Part shown: positions 37,161-46,554 of the stretch, piece after piece
Numbering within the stretch: position 1 is the first letter of the stretch
Layout of the letters: every line of letters starts with the position of its first letter
IMG/VR virus record: IMGVR_UViG_3300032303_002590
DNA: 64,000 bases
DNA from: a virus
Taxonomy: Duplodnaviria > Caudoviricetes
Direction: 5' to 3' (one strand)
Position numbers and translations under genes: made by a program
Notes under the pieces: model-generated
What the model was told of the DNA's origin: nothing
The model's input: the letters and a program-made list of their open reading frames with translations, nothing else
Databases searched by the model: none

Positions 37161-37924
37161 TGAAAAAATCTTACGACAGAATTCTCCAAATTTCAGATGA
37201 CCACAAACAAATCACATTACCTGATTCTAGGTTTTACAGACGAAATGGAGATTATTATCCTTCAATAACACACGTTTTATCTTATTACCCAAAAGGTCCT
37301 CATTTTGAAGATTGGTTAAAAAAGGTAGGTTATGCTTCAGAATACATTGTAAAAAAAGCAGCTGAAGAAGGTACTCAAACTCATAATTTATGTGAAGATT
37401 ACTTAAATGGAGAAGAATGTTCATTCTTAAATCAATATGGTAATCCTGCTTATCCACCTCATGTGTGGCAAATGTTTTTGAATTTTGTTGATTTTTGGGA
37501 AACACAAAAACCAACTTTAATTGAAACTGAAGTACATTTATTTTCAGATGTTTTAAGAGTAGCAGGAACTTGTGATTTAATTATTGAGTTAAATGATGAA
37601 TTATGGGTATTAGATTTAAAAACTTCTAATCACTTACAAACCACTTATGATTTACAAACAGCTATTTATGGTCAATGCTATGAAGAATGTTATGGTAAAA
37701 CTATAAATAGACGTGGTGTATTATGGTTAAAATCAAAATCAAGAGGTGAAGATAAAACCGGTAAACGTTTAAAAGGTAAAAATTGGGAAATTGTTGAATC
37801 TGAAAGATCACAAGAACAAAACCTAAGCATTTTTAATAATGTTAAGGCTTTATTTGATTTAGAAAATCCTGCTCCTAAACCACACATTTTAACATTAAAA
37901 ACCACAGTTAAAAGGGAAGTGTAA
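37160..37924 (+). CDS. PD-(D/E)XK exonuclease (RecB/Cas4-like)
   Basis: YPSIT.VL...GT..H...E...AGTCD...DLKTS...Q...Y. Confidence 0.9.
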   Translation: MKKSYDRILQISDDHKQITLPDSRFYRRNGDYYPSITHVLSYYPKGPHFEDWLKKVGYASEYIVKKAAEEGTQTHNLCEDYLNGEECSFLNQYGNPAYPPHVWQMFLNFVDFWETQKPTLIETEVHLFSDVLRVAGTCDLIIELNDELWVLDLKTSNHLQTTYDLQTAIYGQCYEECYGKTINRRGVLWLKSKSRGEDKTGKRLKGKNWEIVESERSQEQNLSIFNNVKALFDLENPAPKPHILTLKTTVKREV

Positions 37925-37947
37925 ATATTTATATTAATAATATAAGA

Positions 37948-38700
37948 ATGATCAAACTAGCTACTTTATTAAAAGAAATACAAGGTACACCAAAAGCTAT
38001 ATTTTTAGCAGGTCCTGCTGGTAGTGGTAAGTCTACTTTGACTAAACAACTATTACCTTCCTCATACCAAGTTATTAATTCAGATGACACTTATGAAGAA
38101 CTTTTAAAAGCAAGTGGAATAGGTTTAAAACAAAAAGATTTTACTCCTGATCAATTATCACAAGCAGCTAAATTACAAGCACAAGCTAGAAAAACAACAC
38201 AAGATACATTAGCTAAATCCATCGAAGGTAAAAACAATATTATTATAGATGGAACTGGTGCTGCTTCAGGTCCTGTTTTAAAGAAAAAACAACAATTAGA
38301 GGATTTAGAGTACGAAACCTTAATGTTAATGATTTATGTTTCTCCTTTAACTTCACTTGAACGTAACCAAGAACGTGATAGAAGTTTAATACCCAGTATT
38401 GTGTTAAGAACATGGAGAGATGTTAATAAAAATATTAGTACTTACGAGCAAGCATTTGGAGATAATTTTATATTATTAAATAATGATTCTAAAGATTCAA
38501 ATAAAGGATTTTCACCCGAACTAATCAAACCCTTTACACAAGCCTCTTCTGCTATAGGAAAACCTAAAACACCAGAAGAAATGGCTAAATCTAAAGCTGA
38601 AAAAGATGCTTTGAATCAAGATATTGAATCAATGGTAAAAACTTTACCTAAATTTGATGATATAAGTTCTGCTAAATCTAAAATTCAAAATTTTATTTAA
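37948..38700 (+). CDS. P-loop kinase (AAA_33/zeta-like) with leader
   Basis: GPAGSGKST, INSD, IIDGT, ERN..R.R; N-terminus MIKLATLLKE. Confidence 0.85.
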   Translation: MIKLATLLKEIQGTPKAIFLAGPAGSGKSTLTKQLLPSSYQVINSDDTYEELLKASGIGLKQKDFTPDQLSQAAKLQAQARKTTQDTLAKSIEGKNNIIIDGTGAASGPVLKKKQQLEDLEYETLMLMIYVSPLTSLERNQERDRSLIPSIVLRTWRDVNKNISTYEQAFGDNFILLNNDSKDSNKGFSPELIKPFTQASSAIGKPKTPEEMAKSKAEKDALNQDIESMVKTLPKFDDISSAKSKIQNFI

Positions 38701-40145
38701 TGAATATTGGTAGACAAATAGTACAAGAACTATTAGAAGGTACAGAAAAAACAGTAGCTATTTATGGTGGTGGTTTTAAACCACCTACAAAAGGTCACTT
38801 TGAAGTAGCTAAATTAGCTTTAGAAAGACATCCAAATATAGACGAACTTATAATATATGTTGGTAGTGGAGTAAGAGATGGTATTACACAACAACAATCT
38901 GTAACCATTTGGAATATTTATAAAACTAAACTATCAGATAAAGTTCAAATAGTTACTCCTGATGTTCCTCCTGTTAGAGCAGTATTAAGATATGCTAAAG
39001 ATAATCCTGATACTAAGGTAATATGGATCTTAGGAGCAAGAGAAGACAGAGAAGAGGATTTTACAGATATAGCTAAACGAACTAAATCTATAGCTCAATA
39101 CCCAAACCTAACAGTAGATATAATATCAACTCAAGGTGGTATTTCAGGTACTGCAGCTAGACAAGCACTTAATTCTTCTAAAGAAGATTTCTTTCAATTT
39201 TTACCTGATGAGGTAGGACAACAAAAAAATGATATTTATGATATTTTAACCAATAACCAGTTTGAAGAAAGATTTATTCCTGGTCCTTTATTACATGAAT
39301 CTAAAATATTAAACGAATCCTTTACCCCTCAAAAAGCTCCATTAATGAAAAGATTTGTGGAATATGCTTGTAATCATTTAGATATAGATGAGCCTAAAAT
39401 AATGATAATAAATTCTCCTGAATACACTCAGGAACATCATAGTTTTGGAGGTTATTTTCCTCAAGAACATAAAATAAACGTTGTAGTTCATAATAGAAAC
39501 ATGGCTGATATTTTAAGAACATTAGCACACGAATTAGTTCATCACCTCCAAAATTTAAATGGGATGGAATTAAATGGTGAGGATGGTTCTGATACAGAAA
39601 ATGAAGCTAATGCTAGAGCAGGAGTAATAATGAGAGAATTTGGACGTAGTAATCCTGAAATTTTTGAAAGTAAATTAAATGAAGCAATAGTTGGTGATAG
39701 GATTGAATGTGATAATTGTGGTTGGAGTTGGCCAATAGCAGATGGGGGTGATGATCTTTTTATTTGTCATAAATGTGGACACGACAATACTGAGGAATAC
39801 GATGTTGAAAATGAACAAGATTTAAAAGAATTTATTTCATTTTTAAAAGAATATTCTCAACAATTATCTGAAGGAGAATTAACTGAAGCTGAATATCATG
39901 GACGTAAAGTTCAACTTGGTAAAATAATGCAAGGTGATATTAAGAAATTTAAAGTATACGTTAAAAATAACAAGGATAAAGTAGTTAAAGTTAACTTTGG
40001 GTTTGGTGGTTCATCAGCTCATGGTAAAAGAATGAACATTAAAGTACACAATCCTAAAAGAAGAGCAGCATATAGAGCAAGACATAATTGTGATAACCCA
40101 GGACCACGTTGGAAAGCGAATTATTGGTCTTGTAGAAAATGGTAA
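38700..40145 (+). CDS. multidomain protein: HIGH-type nucleotidyltransferase, HEXXH domain, Zn ribbon and C-terminal Cys/Trp domain
   Basis: GGFKPPTKGH...ISGTAAR; AHELVH; CDNC...CHKC; RHNC...YWSCRKW. Confidence 0.85.
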   Translation: MNIGRQIVQELLEGTEKTVAIYGGGFKPPTKGHFEVAKLALERHPNIDELIIYVGSGVRDGITQQQSVTIWNIYKTKLSDKVQIVTPDVPPVRAVLRYAKDNPDTKVIWILGAREDREEDFTDIAKRTKSIAQYPNLTVDIISTQGGISGTAARQALNSSKEDFFQFLPDEVGQQKNDIYDILTNNQFEERFIPGPLLHESKILNESFTPQKAPLMKRFVEYACNHLDIDEPKIMIINSPEYTQEHHSFGGYFPQEHKINVVVHNRNMADILRTLAHELVHHLQNLNGMELNGEDGSDTENEANARAGVIMREFGRSNPEIFESKLNEAIVGDRIECDNCGWSWPIADGGDDLFICHKCGHDNTEEYDVENEQDLKEFISFLKEYSQQLSEGELTEAEYHGRKVQLGKIMQGDIKKFKVYVKNNKDKVVKVNFGFGGSSAHGKRMNIKVHNPKRRAAYRARHNCDNPGPRWKANYWSCRKW

Positions 40146-40148
40146 TAA

Positions 40149-40688
40149 ATGATATCAATAAGTAAACTTTTCGAAGAAGAAAAACCAAAAATAAATTACG
40201 ACATCTATTGTGATATGGATGGTGTTTTAGCAGATTTTGAAGGTCGTTTTGAACACTTTACAGGAATGTCTCCTGATCAATATAGAGCAGAAATGACTAA
40301 AAAATACGGTGAGAAAAAAGCTGTAGATATGTTTTGGGATTTAATTGATCATGAAGTTGGAGTAAGATTTTGGAGAGGAATGTCTTGGATGCCTGGTGGT
40401 AAAGAATTATGGAATTATATTAAACCTAATAAACCTACTTTACTTACTGCCCCTTCATATAATGATTCCAGCAAAATTGGAAAAACTTTATGGGTACAAG
40501 ACCACATCCCAGGAGCTAAAATGATATTTAAGCAAGCTAAACAGAAAGCTGATTTAGCAGGTCCTAATAAAATATTAATTGATGATAGAGAAGATACTAT
40601 TATGAATTGGAAATCCAAAAATGGTATCGGAATTTTATATAAAAATACAGACCAAGCAATAAACGAATTAAAACAATTAGGAATATAA
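40149..40688 (+). CDS. HAD 5'(3')-nucleotidase (NT5C-like)
   Basis: DMDGVLADF...LLTA...K..W...ILIDD. Confidence 0.9.
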   Translation: MISISKLFEEEKPKINYDIYCDMDGVLADFEGRFEHFTGMSPDQYRAEMTKKYGEKKAVDMFWDLIDHEVGVRFWRGMSWMPGGKELWNYIKPNKPTLLTAPSYNDSSKIGKTLWVQDHIPGAKMIFKQAKQKADLAGPNKILIDDREDTIMNWKSKNGIGILYKNTDQAINELKQLGI

Positions 40689-40691
40689 GTT

Positions 40692-41261
40692 ATGTCACAA
40701 TTAAATAGAGAATTCGAAGAAAGAGATATCCAAAGAATGAGAAACATCATTTCAGGTAATACTGGAAATACTACTCGAATTCAATCCGGTTATAGTAAAG
40801 ATAAAGTTACTCATAGTGAAGGCGATACATGGGAAGAAAACGGTAAAACCTGGACTATTCACAGTGGTATTAAACAAACCGTCACCAAACACGATGCATT
40901 AAAGGCAATGGTAGAATTTCCACTTACTTGCCCATGTTGTTCTAAAGCAATGAAAGACATTCCATTAAACAGAAAAATGTATAACATACATTCTACATGT
41001 TTTGATTGTGTTGTTGAAATGGAACATAAATTACGTATGGAAGGTAAGTATGAAGCTTATGAAAAGCAAATGTTAAATGATAACAAAAATGCTACTATAG
41101 ATGATGCTGAACAAATGTTTGATGAGTATTTTAATTCAAAAAATAATACATACGTTACCGAAGCAGGTGATATAGAAAAATGGGATGGTGGTAGTATTGA
41201 CCCTGAAGTTATAAAACTAGTTAAAGATAATATAAAACGATTAAGAAAATTAGAAATATAA
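40692..41261 (+). CDS. hypothetical Zn-binding protein
   Basis: CPCC...CFDC. Confidence 0.75.
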   Translation: MSQLNREFEERDIQRMRNIISGNTGNTTRIQSGYSKDKVTHSEGDTWEENGKTWTIHSGIKQTVTKHDALKAMVEFPLTCPCCSKAMKDIPLNRKMYNIHSTCFDCVVEMEHKLRMEGKYEAYEKQMLNDNKNATIDDAEQMFDEYFNSKNNTYVTEAGDIEKWDGGSIDPEVIKLVKDNIKRLRKLEI

Positions 41262-41284
41262 ATATTTATATCAAAAAATAAACC

Positions 41285-41899
41285 ATGAGCAAATTAGACT
41301 TAAAAAACATAATTAAAGAAAGTATTACTGATTACTTATCAGAATTAAACTCCGTTAATGAAAATGATCCTGCTGTGCCATCTGATTCTACAGGTATGGC
41401 TTTGGATATGATAAATAAAACTCCAACACAAACTACAAGTGGAAATCCTCTTAGAGAAAAATCTCCAGATATCGTATTAGAAAATAATATTTCTAAAGAC
41501 GGTAAACTTTATTTAGTTAAAGAAGCTTTAAATGAATCAACTGATTCAAATATGATAGAGGAAAAACTACTATTAGACTTGATTGGTGAAGGATATACTG
41601 GTGTTTTTAATGATAAAAACAAAGCCATGGCTCATAGTAAAAAAGCTCTTAAAGAGAGAGATTTACTAATGAAAGAAAATGTTAAAAAAGGTCAAGCTAA
41701 AATTGGTGGTTTAGAAAAACAAGTAGCTGATTTAAAAGCTCAAATGCAAAAATTAATTGATAGTCCTGAAATGAGAGGTGAATTATCAAACTATACTGCT
41801 AAATTAGAAAAAACTGAACAAGTATTAGAAAAATTAAAAGCAGCAATAGAAAAATCTTCTCCTAAAAAAGCAAAGAAAGAAACTAAAGATGATGAATAA
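41285..41899 (+). CDS. leader-bearing coiled-coil late protein
   Basis: MSKLDLKNIIKE; several L/VxE sites. Confidence 0.75.
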   Translation: MSKLDLKNIIKESITDYLSELNSVNENDPAVPSDSTGMALDMINKTPTQTTSGNPLREKSPDIVLENNISKDGKLYLVKEALNESTDSNMIEEKLLLDLIGEGYTGVFNDKNKAMAHSKKALKERDLLMKENVKKGQAKIGGLEKQVADLKAQMQKLIDSPEMRGELSNYTAKLEKTEQVLEKLKAAIEKSSPKKAKKETKDDE

Positions 41900-43292
41900 T
41901 CTTGAACTTTTAAAAAATCATTTATATAAGTTAATTAAAGAGGAACTTGAAGGTGGTGAAGAGGAAAAACAAGCAGGACTTGAAAAAGCTCTGTATGATT
42001 TAGTACTTGAACCTGCTGATTTGCAAGCCACTTTATCAGCATTATCCGATATCAAAAATTATGGTATTTATGCTAATAATTTAAGAGATCCTAAAATTAT
42101 TGCTAAAATATTTGGTCCACCTGTACCTGCAACTAAAGGTAGAGTAGCTAAAGAAACTTGGGACCAAAGTAATGAAAACGAAAGACTTTCCAAAATAATT
42201 GATATTAAAAGTAGAGTACCACAAGAATGGACTAAAGTAGAACAACAGCTACAAAGCAAATTCGATGATTGGTCTGTTGAAAATGATAACGATTCATTTA
42301 ATGAATTTATAATTACATTAGATTCTAAAGAATTACCAATGGATTTCTTTGGTAAATATGCTTCTACATTTTATCCAATGAAAACACCTGATAACTTGAA
42401 AAAGTATAGTGGTGTAATGGCTAAAGATAAAGATTTTGTTGTTAATGGAGATAAAATTATTTTCCCACAAAAGAAAAACCCATTTGAAACTAAAGATTAC
42501 TTAACTAAAGTACTTAAAACTATAATGGGTAATGCTAAACTACAATATAGCTTATCCCAACAAGAATCAGAAGGTCAACCAGCAACTACTTCAAATACAC
42601 AAGGTAAAGTTGAAAAAATTAACTTCGTTAAAACATTTGACTCACCTGAATTAGCAGCTAAATTTAAAAAATTAATACCAAAAGATTTTGCTGAAAAAAC
42701 TACTATTGAAGGTAATAAAATCACAGTATCCGATATAACAGACTCACAAAAGAAAAATTTAATAGCTGCTGCATTAAAATTTGCAGAATCACAACCTAAA
42801 AAGAAACCAATGAAAGAATCATTAAAAGAACAAATATCTCAAATGGTAAGAGAGGTATTGATTGAAAAAAAATTAACTAAAGCACAACTTGTAGCTAGAG
42901 ATAAAGAAGGAAAAGATATTAAAAAGAAAAATCCTAAAATGCCCGAAGGTGAAGCTTTTGCTATTGCTACTAAAAATGTAGAAAAGAAAAAAGCTGTAAA
43001 AGAGGATTTAGATTCTGCTTTATCTAAATTAGTTAAAGATGATGATGCTTCTGAATTAGTAGCTCTTATAAAAAATTTACCAAATGCAGCTAGAGAAAAA
43101 GTAGCTCAAATGCTTAAAATAGATTTAAGTAAAGGAGAAATGGAAGAAGCTCGTTTTCCAAAAGGAACAGACATTGGTAAAAAAGGACCTGGATTTAAAG
43201 CTGTAGAAAAAGCTGCTGAAAAAGAATATGGTTCAAAAGAAGCAGGACAAAAAGTAGCAGGTGCTATACTTAAAAAAGTAATGAAAAAATAA
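41889..43292 (+). CDS. leader-bearing multidomain late protein
   Basis: KLIKEE leader; internal second leader-like segment SLKEQISQMVREVLIE; basic C-terminal modules. Confidence 0.75.
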   Translation: MMNNLELLKNHLYKLIKEELEGGEEEKQAGLEKALYDLVLEPADLQATLSALSDIKNYGIYANNLRDPKIIAKIFGPPVPATKGRVAKETWDQSNENERLSKIIDIKSRVPQEWTKVEQQLQSKFDDWSVENDNDSFNEFIITLDSKELPMDFFGKYASTFYPMKTPDNLKKYSGVMAKDKDFVVNGDKIIFPQKKNPFETKDYLTKVLKTIMGNAKLQYSLSQQESEGQPATTSNTQGKVEKINFVKTFDSPELAAKFKKLIPKDFAEKTTIEGNKITVSDITDSQKKNLIAAALKFAESQPKKKPMKESLKEQISQMVREVLIEKKLTKAQLVARDKEGKDIKKKNPKMPEGEAFAIATKNVEKKKAVKEDLDSALSKLVKDDDASELVALIKNLPNAAREKVAQMLKIDLSKGEMEEARFPKGTDIGKKGPGFKAVEKAAEKEYGSKEAGQKVAGAILKKVMKK

Positions 43293-43399
43293 TGTCAAAG
43301 TCAAGAAAAGTAGGTAAACAAAAACCTAACCACGGTAATCAAGTTAAAAGACAAAACGTTATTAAGAAAAACGAGCAAATTTTAACTAAATTAAAATAA
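43292..43399 (+). CDS. small basic peptide (35 aa, not in track)
   Basis: TAATG-coupled; MSKSRKVGKQKPNHGNQVKRQ... Confidence 0.6.
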   Translation: MSKSRKVGKQKPNHGNQVKRQNVIKKNEQILTKLK

Positions 43400-43400
43400 C

Positions 43401-43661
43401 ATGACAGAATCTACATTACGATACTTAATCAGAGAAGCAATAGAAGAAATTCATTTACAAAAACTATCTGAAAAATCTACTAATCCAACAGATAAAGTAA
43501 CTTTGGATATTCCACTTTTTATTCGTATGTTAGAATATGCGAGAGAGGATGCTCAAACTGATATGGATTTACATGATGTAACTGAAAAAACTATTGCTTT
43601 AAGCGCTAAAGGGAGAACTTTAACTATGGCTGACTATAATAAAATAGTAAGTAAAAAGTGA
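43401..43661 (+). CDS. leader-bearing small protein
   Basis: LRYLIREAIEE then DKVTLDIPLFIRMLEYAREDA. Confidence 0.8.
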   Translation: MTESTLRYLIREAIEEIHLQKLSEKSTNPTDKVTLDIPLFIRMLEYAREDAQTDMDLHDVTEKTIALSAKGRTLTMADYNKIVSKK

Positions 43662-43996
43662 TTAAATTAAGTCAATTAATAAACGAAATGGATTGTTGGG
43701 ATGGTAAAAAAATAGGCAATCCCAAAACTAAAATATCTTCTAAAACAGGTAAAAGAGTAAATAATTGTGTACCTATTAAAGAGGAAGAAGAAACATCTCA
43801 ATTAAATTTTCCTGATGGTTTTCAACCTGCAAAATCTGTTCCTCAAGGAGGAGCAATGTGTGCTAATTGTGCTAAATGGGATGAAAAAAATCAAGTTTGT
43901 AAAGGACAATACTATATTGAATGGAATGGTAATGGTGAAATACCTGCCGATCATACAGAATACGTTTGTATTTGGTGGGTAGATAAAAGAAAATAA
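43658..43996 (+). CDS. leader-bearing Cys-rich protein (HiPIP-like C-terminal motif)
   Basis: MIKLSQLINE; CWDG...NCVP; CANC..W...C...CIWW. Confidence 0.65.
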   Translation: MIKLSQLINEMDCWDGKKIGNPKTKISSKTGKRVNNCVPIKEEEETSQLNFPDGFQPAKSVPQGGAMCANCAKWDEKNQVCKGQYYIEWNGNGEIPADHTEYVCIWWVDKRK

Positions 43997-43998
43997 TT

Positions 43999-44343
43999 AT
44001 GATATCATTAAAAAATTTATTAAACGAAGGTACTCTAGATAAAATATTCCACTTAGATGGAATATTAATTGTAGACGATACTAATAGAAATCAAAAAGAT
44101 ATTCTATCTGATGTTCGTTCTTTACCTGGTATTACAGTAGTAAGAAACGTAGAGATGGAACAAGATGCTACTTCACGTTATTTTAGAAGTAGACTAGAAA
44201 TAAAAATTGATCCTTACCCATACGTTAAACAAGATAAATTTGATCCTACAGATACTATCCAAGTAATATCAGATAATATTAGAAAAATACCTGGAGTAAT
44301 AGGATTTAAAGAACAAGGAGACGTAACAACAACACAAGACTAA
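43999..44343 (+). CDS. leader-bearing small protein
   Basis: MISLKNLLNE; LSDVRSLPGIT...IRKIPGV. Confidence 0.75.
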   Translation: MISLKNLLNEGTLDKIFHLDGILIVDDTNRNQKDILSDVRSLPGITVVRNVEMEQDATSRYFRSRLEIKIDPYPYVKQDKFDPTDTIQVISDNIRKIPGVIGFKEQGDVTTTQD

Positions 44344-44346
44344 ATC

Positions 44347-44637
44347 ATGACTAAATTAGAACTTAAAAAATTGATAAAAGAAACCATATTAAATGAAATG
44401 GTTAATACCCATCCAGTACATAAAAGTATTAATAATAAATTAATGCAAATTGCTAATCGTGAAAAAATGAATAGCGATGAAGACAAGGTTGTTGGGTATG
44501 TTTTTTGGGATAAACCCGAAGATCCTGAAAATTATCTTCAAACTAGAGTTTATTTAAATAAAAAAACAGGAGAAAGATATGTTAAACAAGTAGGTGATGG
44601 TGTAGGAGAAGATTTAAATCAACCACCAAATGACTAA
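44347..44637 (+). CDS. leader-bearing small protein
   Basis: MTKLELKKLIKETILNE. Confidence 0.75.
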   Translation: MTKLELKKLIKETILNEMVNTHPVHKSINNKLMQIANREKMNSDEDKVVGYVFWDKPEDPENYLQTRVYLNKKTGERYVKQVGDGVGEDLNQPPND

Positions 44638-46468
44638 ACTATCAATATTAAGAAGATTAATCAAAGAAGAGATTGAGGATTTCCAAAATTCTCAACCTTT
44701 GACTTTTGAAAGTGATCCATTAGAGTATATTCTTCAAAAGTATTCTTCATTAAATGATACATTAGAAGATTTAATGACACCACACTATAGAGATTTTATT
44801 TCTGGTGTATTTGTAATAGCTCCTAAACCAACTACATTTAGAGTTATACTTCATAATAAACAAGAATTTCTTTTAATTTATGGAGAAACTTGTTATACTG
44901 CTAAAATAGCAGGTAAAAAGTATTATTTAGAAAATTTATCTGAAGAAGAATTTGCTATTACTTCTATTGCTCAATTATTAGAACTAGGTTTACCTCCAGG
45001 AAGTACTGGACCTGAAAAACCAGAAGAAAACGAAGCAAACCCAACCGAAGAAAAACCAGCAGAAGAAGCACCAGAAGAAGAAACTAAACCAGAACCTGTA
45101 AAAGAAGGGGTAAAAAAAAACTTAAAATTCGTTATTAAGGAGGCAAGTTTATCACCTGCCGAATTAGAAAAACCATTTACTTCAAAATCCGAATTTAAAG
45201 ATCAATATAGTGATAGAGGTGAAAGATTTTTAGATAAAATAAAAAATCAACAACCTTTTGAATTAAATGATGGTACTCAAGTAGTTTTAGATCCTAAAGC
45301 AACTGCTGAAGCTATTAAAGATTTACAATCTAAAGATTACAAAACTTTAGGTAAAGGTAAAATCTTTATTGATACTGAAGGTAATGCTTATGGGTTATCT
45401 GCATTTAAAAAAACACCTGAATTTGGAAGTGGAGCAGGACAAGGTGGAGGAGCTGAAAATACTGATGTACAAGAATCTGCTCAAAGCGTAGTAAATTCTA
45501 TTGCCTATAAAATTTTAGGAAAAACTATTAAAGCTGAAGATTTAACACCTGAAAATTTAACCGCAGCATATGCTATAAGTGATGTTACTGCTGGATTAGA
45601 TTCTATTATAGAATATGTTACTACTAAAAAACAATGGACATCAACCTTTGTTAATACTGCAAATTTATTATTAAAAACTTTCCCAAGTAAATCTTTACAA
45701 CAACATAGAGGTTCTTCATTTGTAAAATCAATATATGGAGCATTTTCTGTTGCTAAAAAACAAGAAGGTAGTTCATTAAACAATGACAAATGGAACCCAG
45801 CTGATATTTGGATGGTAGATGAATCTATATTAGGAATGGAATTTCCAACTAATTTAGAAGAACTAAATGGAGTAATGGCTGATTTATATACTAATAAAAA
45901 ATTAATTGGTGTTTCATTAAAACAATTAGCCGGAGAAGGAGAAATTAAAGTCTATAATTTAGATAAGGAAGCTACTAAATCACATCAATATAAAGGATAC
46001 GAATCAAGAGCTACAAATAACAATACTGTTTTAAATTATGATGATGGATCTATTACATTCAGAACATTTAATTTTGCAGGTAATTTTGCAGGTGAAATAA
46101 AAGGTAAAAAAGCTGCTCATGGTAAAATAGGTCAGGGCCCTATTAATGATGTGTTAAAATTAAATGGGTTAACATTATTACCTAATGCTAAAGAAGTTCA
46201 AGATGGGTTTAAAAGCAATAATCAAAAGCTAATTGATGACTTTTATCAATCATATAAAGAAATAGTTGAAAATATTAACCCTGAACAATTTGATGAACTT
46301 GTAAAATCAAAAGATTTAAACTGGTTAACATCTAAGTATTTATCTACTAAATTAGCATTTATATTAAAATCATTAGAACCTGAAAAACAAAATGAAGTAA
46401 TATCAGATATGTTAAATTATGCTTCTTCATCAACAAAATCTAGTTCAGTATTTGTAAAAGTATCTTAG
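44630..46468 (+). CDS. leader-bearing protein with PD-(D/E)XK-like C-terminal domain
   Basis: LRRLIKEE; P/E linker; QES...KWNPADIW...IGVSLK. Confidence 0.65.
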   Translation: MTKLSILRRLIKEEIEDFQNSQPLTFESDPLEYILQKYSSLNDTLEDLMTPHYRDFISGVFVIAPKPTTFRVILHNKQEFLLIYGETCYTAKIAGKKYYLENLSEEEFAITSIAQLLELGLPPGSTGPEKPEENEANPTEEKPAEEAPEEETKPEPVKEGVKKNLKFVIKEASLSPAELEKPFTSKSEFKDQYSDRGERFLDKIKNQQPFELNDGTQVVLDPKATAEAIKDLQSKDYKTLGKGKIFIDTEGNAYGLSAFKKTPEFGSGAGQGGGAENTDVQESAQSVVNSIAYKILGKTIKAEDLTPENLTAAYAISDVTAGLDSIIEYVTTKKQWTSTFVNTANLLLKTFPSKSLQQHRGSSFVKSIYGAFSVAKKQEGSSLNNDKWNPADIWMVDESILGMEFPTNLEELNGVMADLYTNKKLIGVSLKQLAGEGEIKVYNLDKEATKSHQYKGYESRATNNNTVLNYDDGSITFRTFNFAGNFAGEIKGKKAAHGKIGQGPINDVLKLNGLTLLPNAKEVQDGFKSNNQKLIDDFYQSYKEIVENINPEQFDELVKSKDLNWLTSKYLSTKLAFILKSLEPEKQNEVISDMLNYASSSTKSSSVFVKVS

Positions 46469-46489
46469 AATAAAAATAAATTAAATAAA

Positions 46490-46533
46490 GCTGCAACTCC
46501 ACTTGGATGTTGCAGTCTTTTTATGTATATTAA
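46490..46533 (+). terminator. terminator overlapping a TTGG-N19-TATATT promoter
   Basis: CTGCAAC..GTTGCAG stem plus TTTTT; TTGG lies in the hairpin. Confidence 0.7.
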
Positions 46534-46554
46534 TCCCTAGTAAAAATTTAAAAC

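Noticed and set aside
37160-37924. cas4 of a CRISPR system
   Set aside because: It is a stand-alone phage exonuclease coupled to primase, with no Fe-S cysteine set and no other cas genes.
37948-38700. Zeta toxin-antitoxin module
   Set aside because: Only generic P-loop kinase motifs are visible and no antitoxin-like partner is evident.
46070-46093. 12-bp tandem duplication (NFAG NFAG)
   Set aside because: It is in-frame, only two copies, and shows no sign of a wider pattern.
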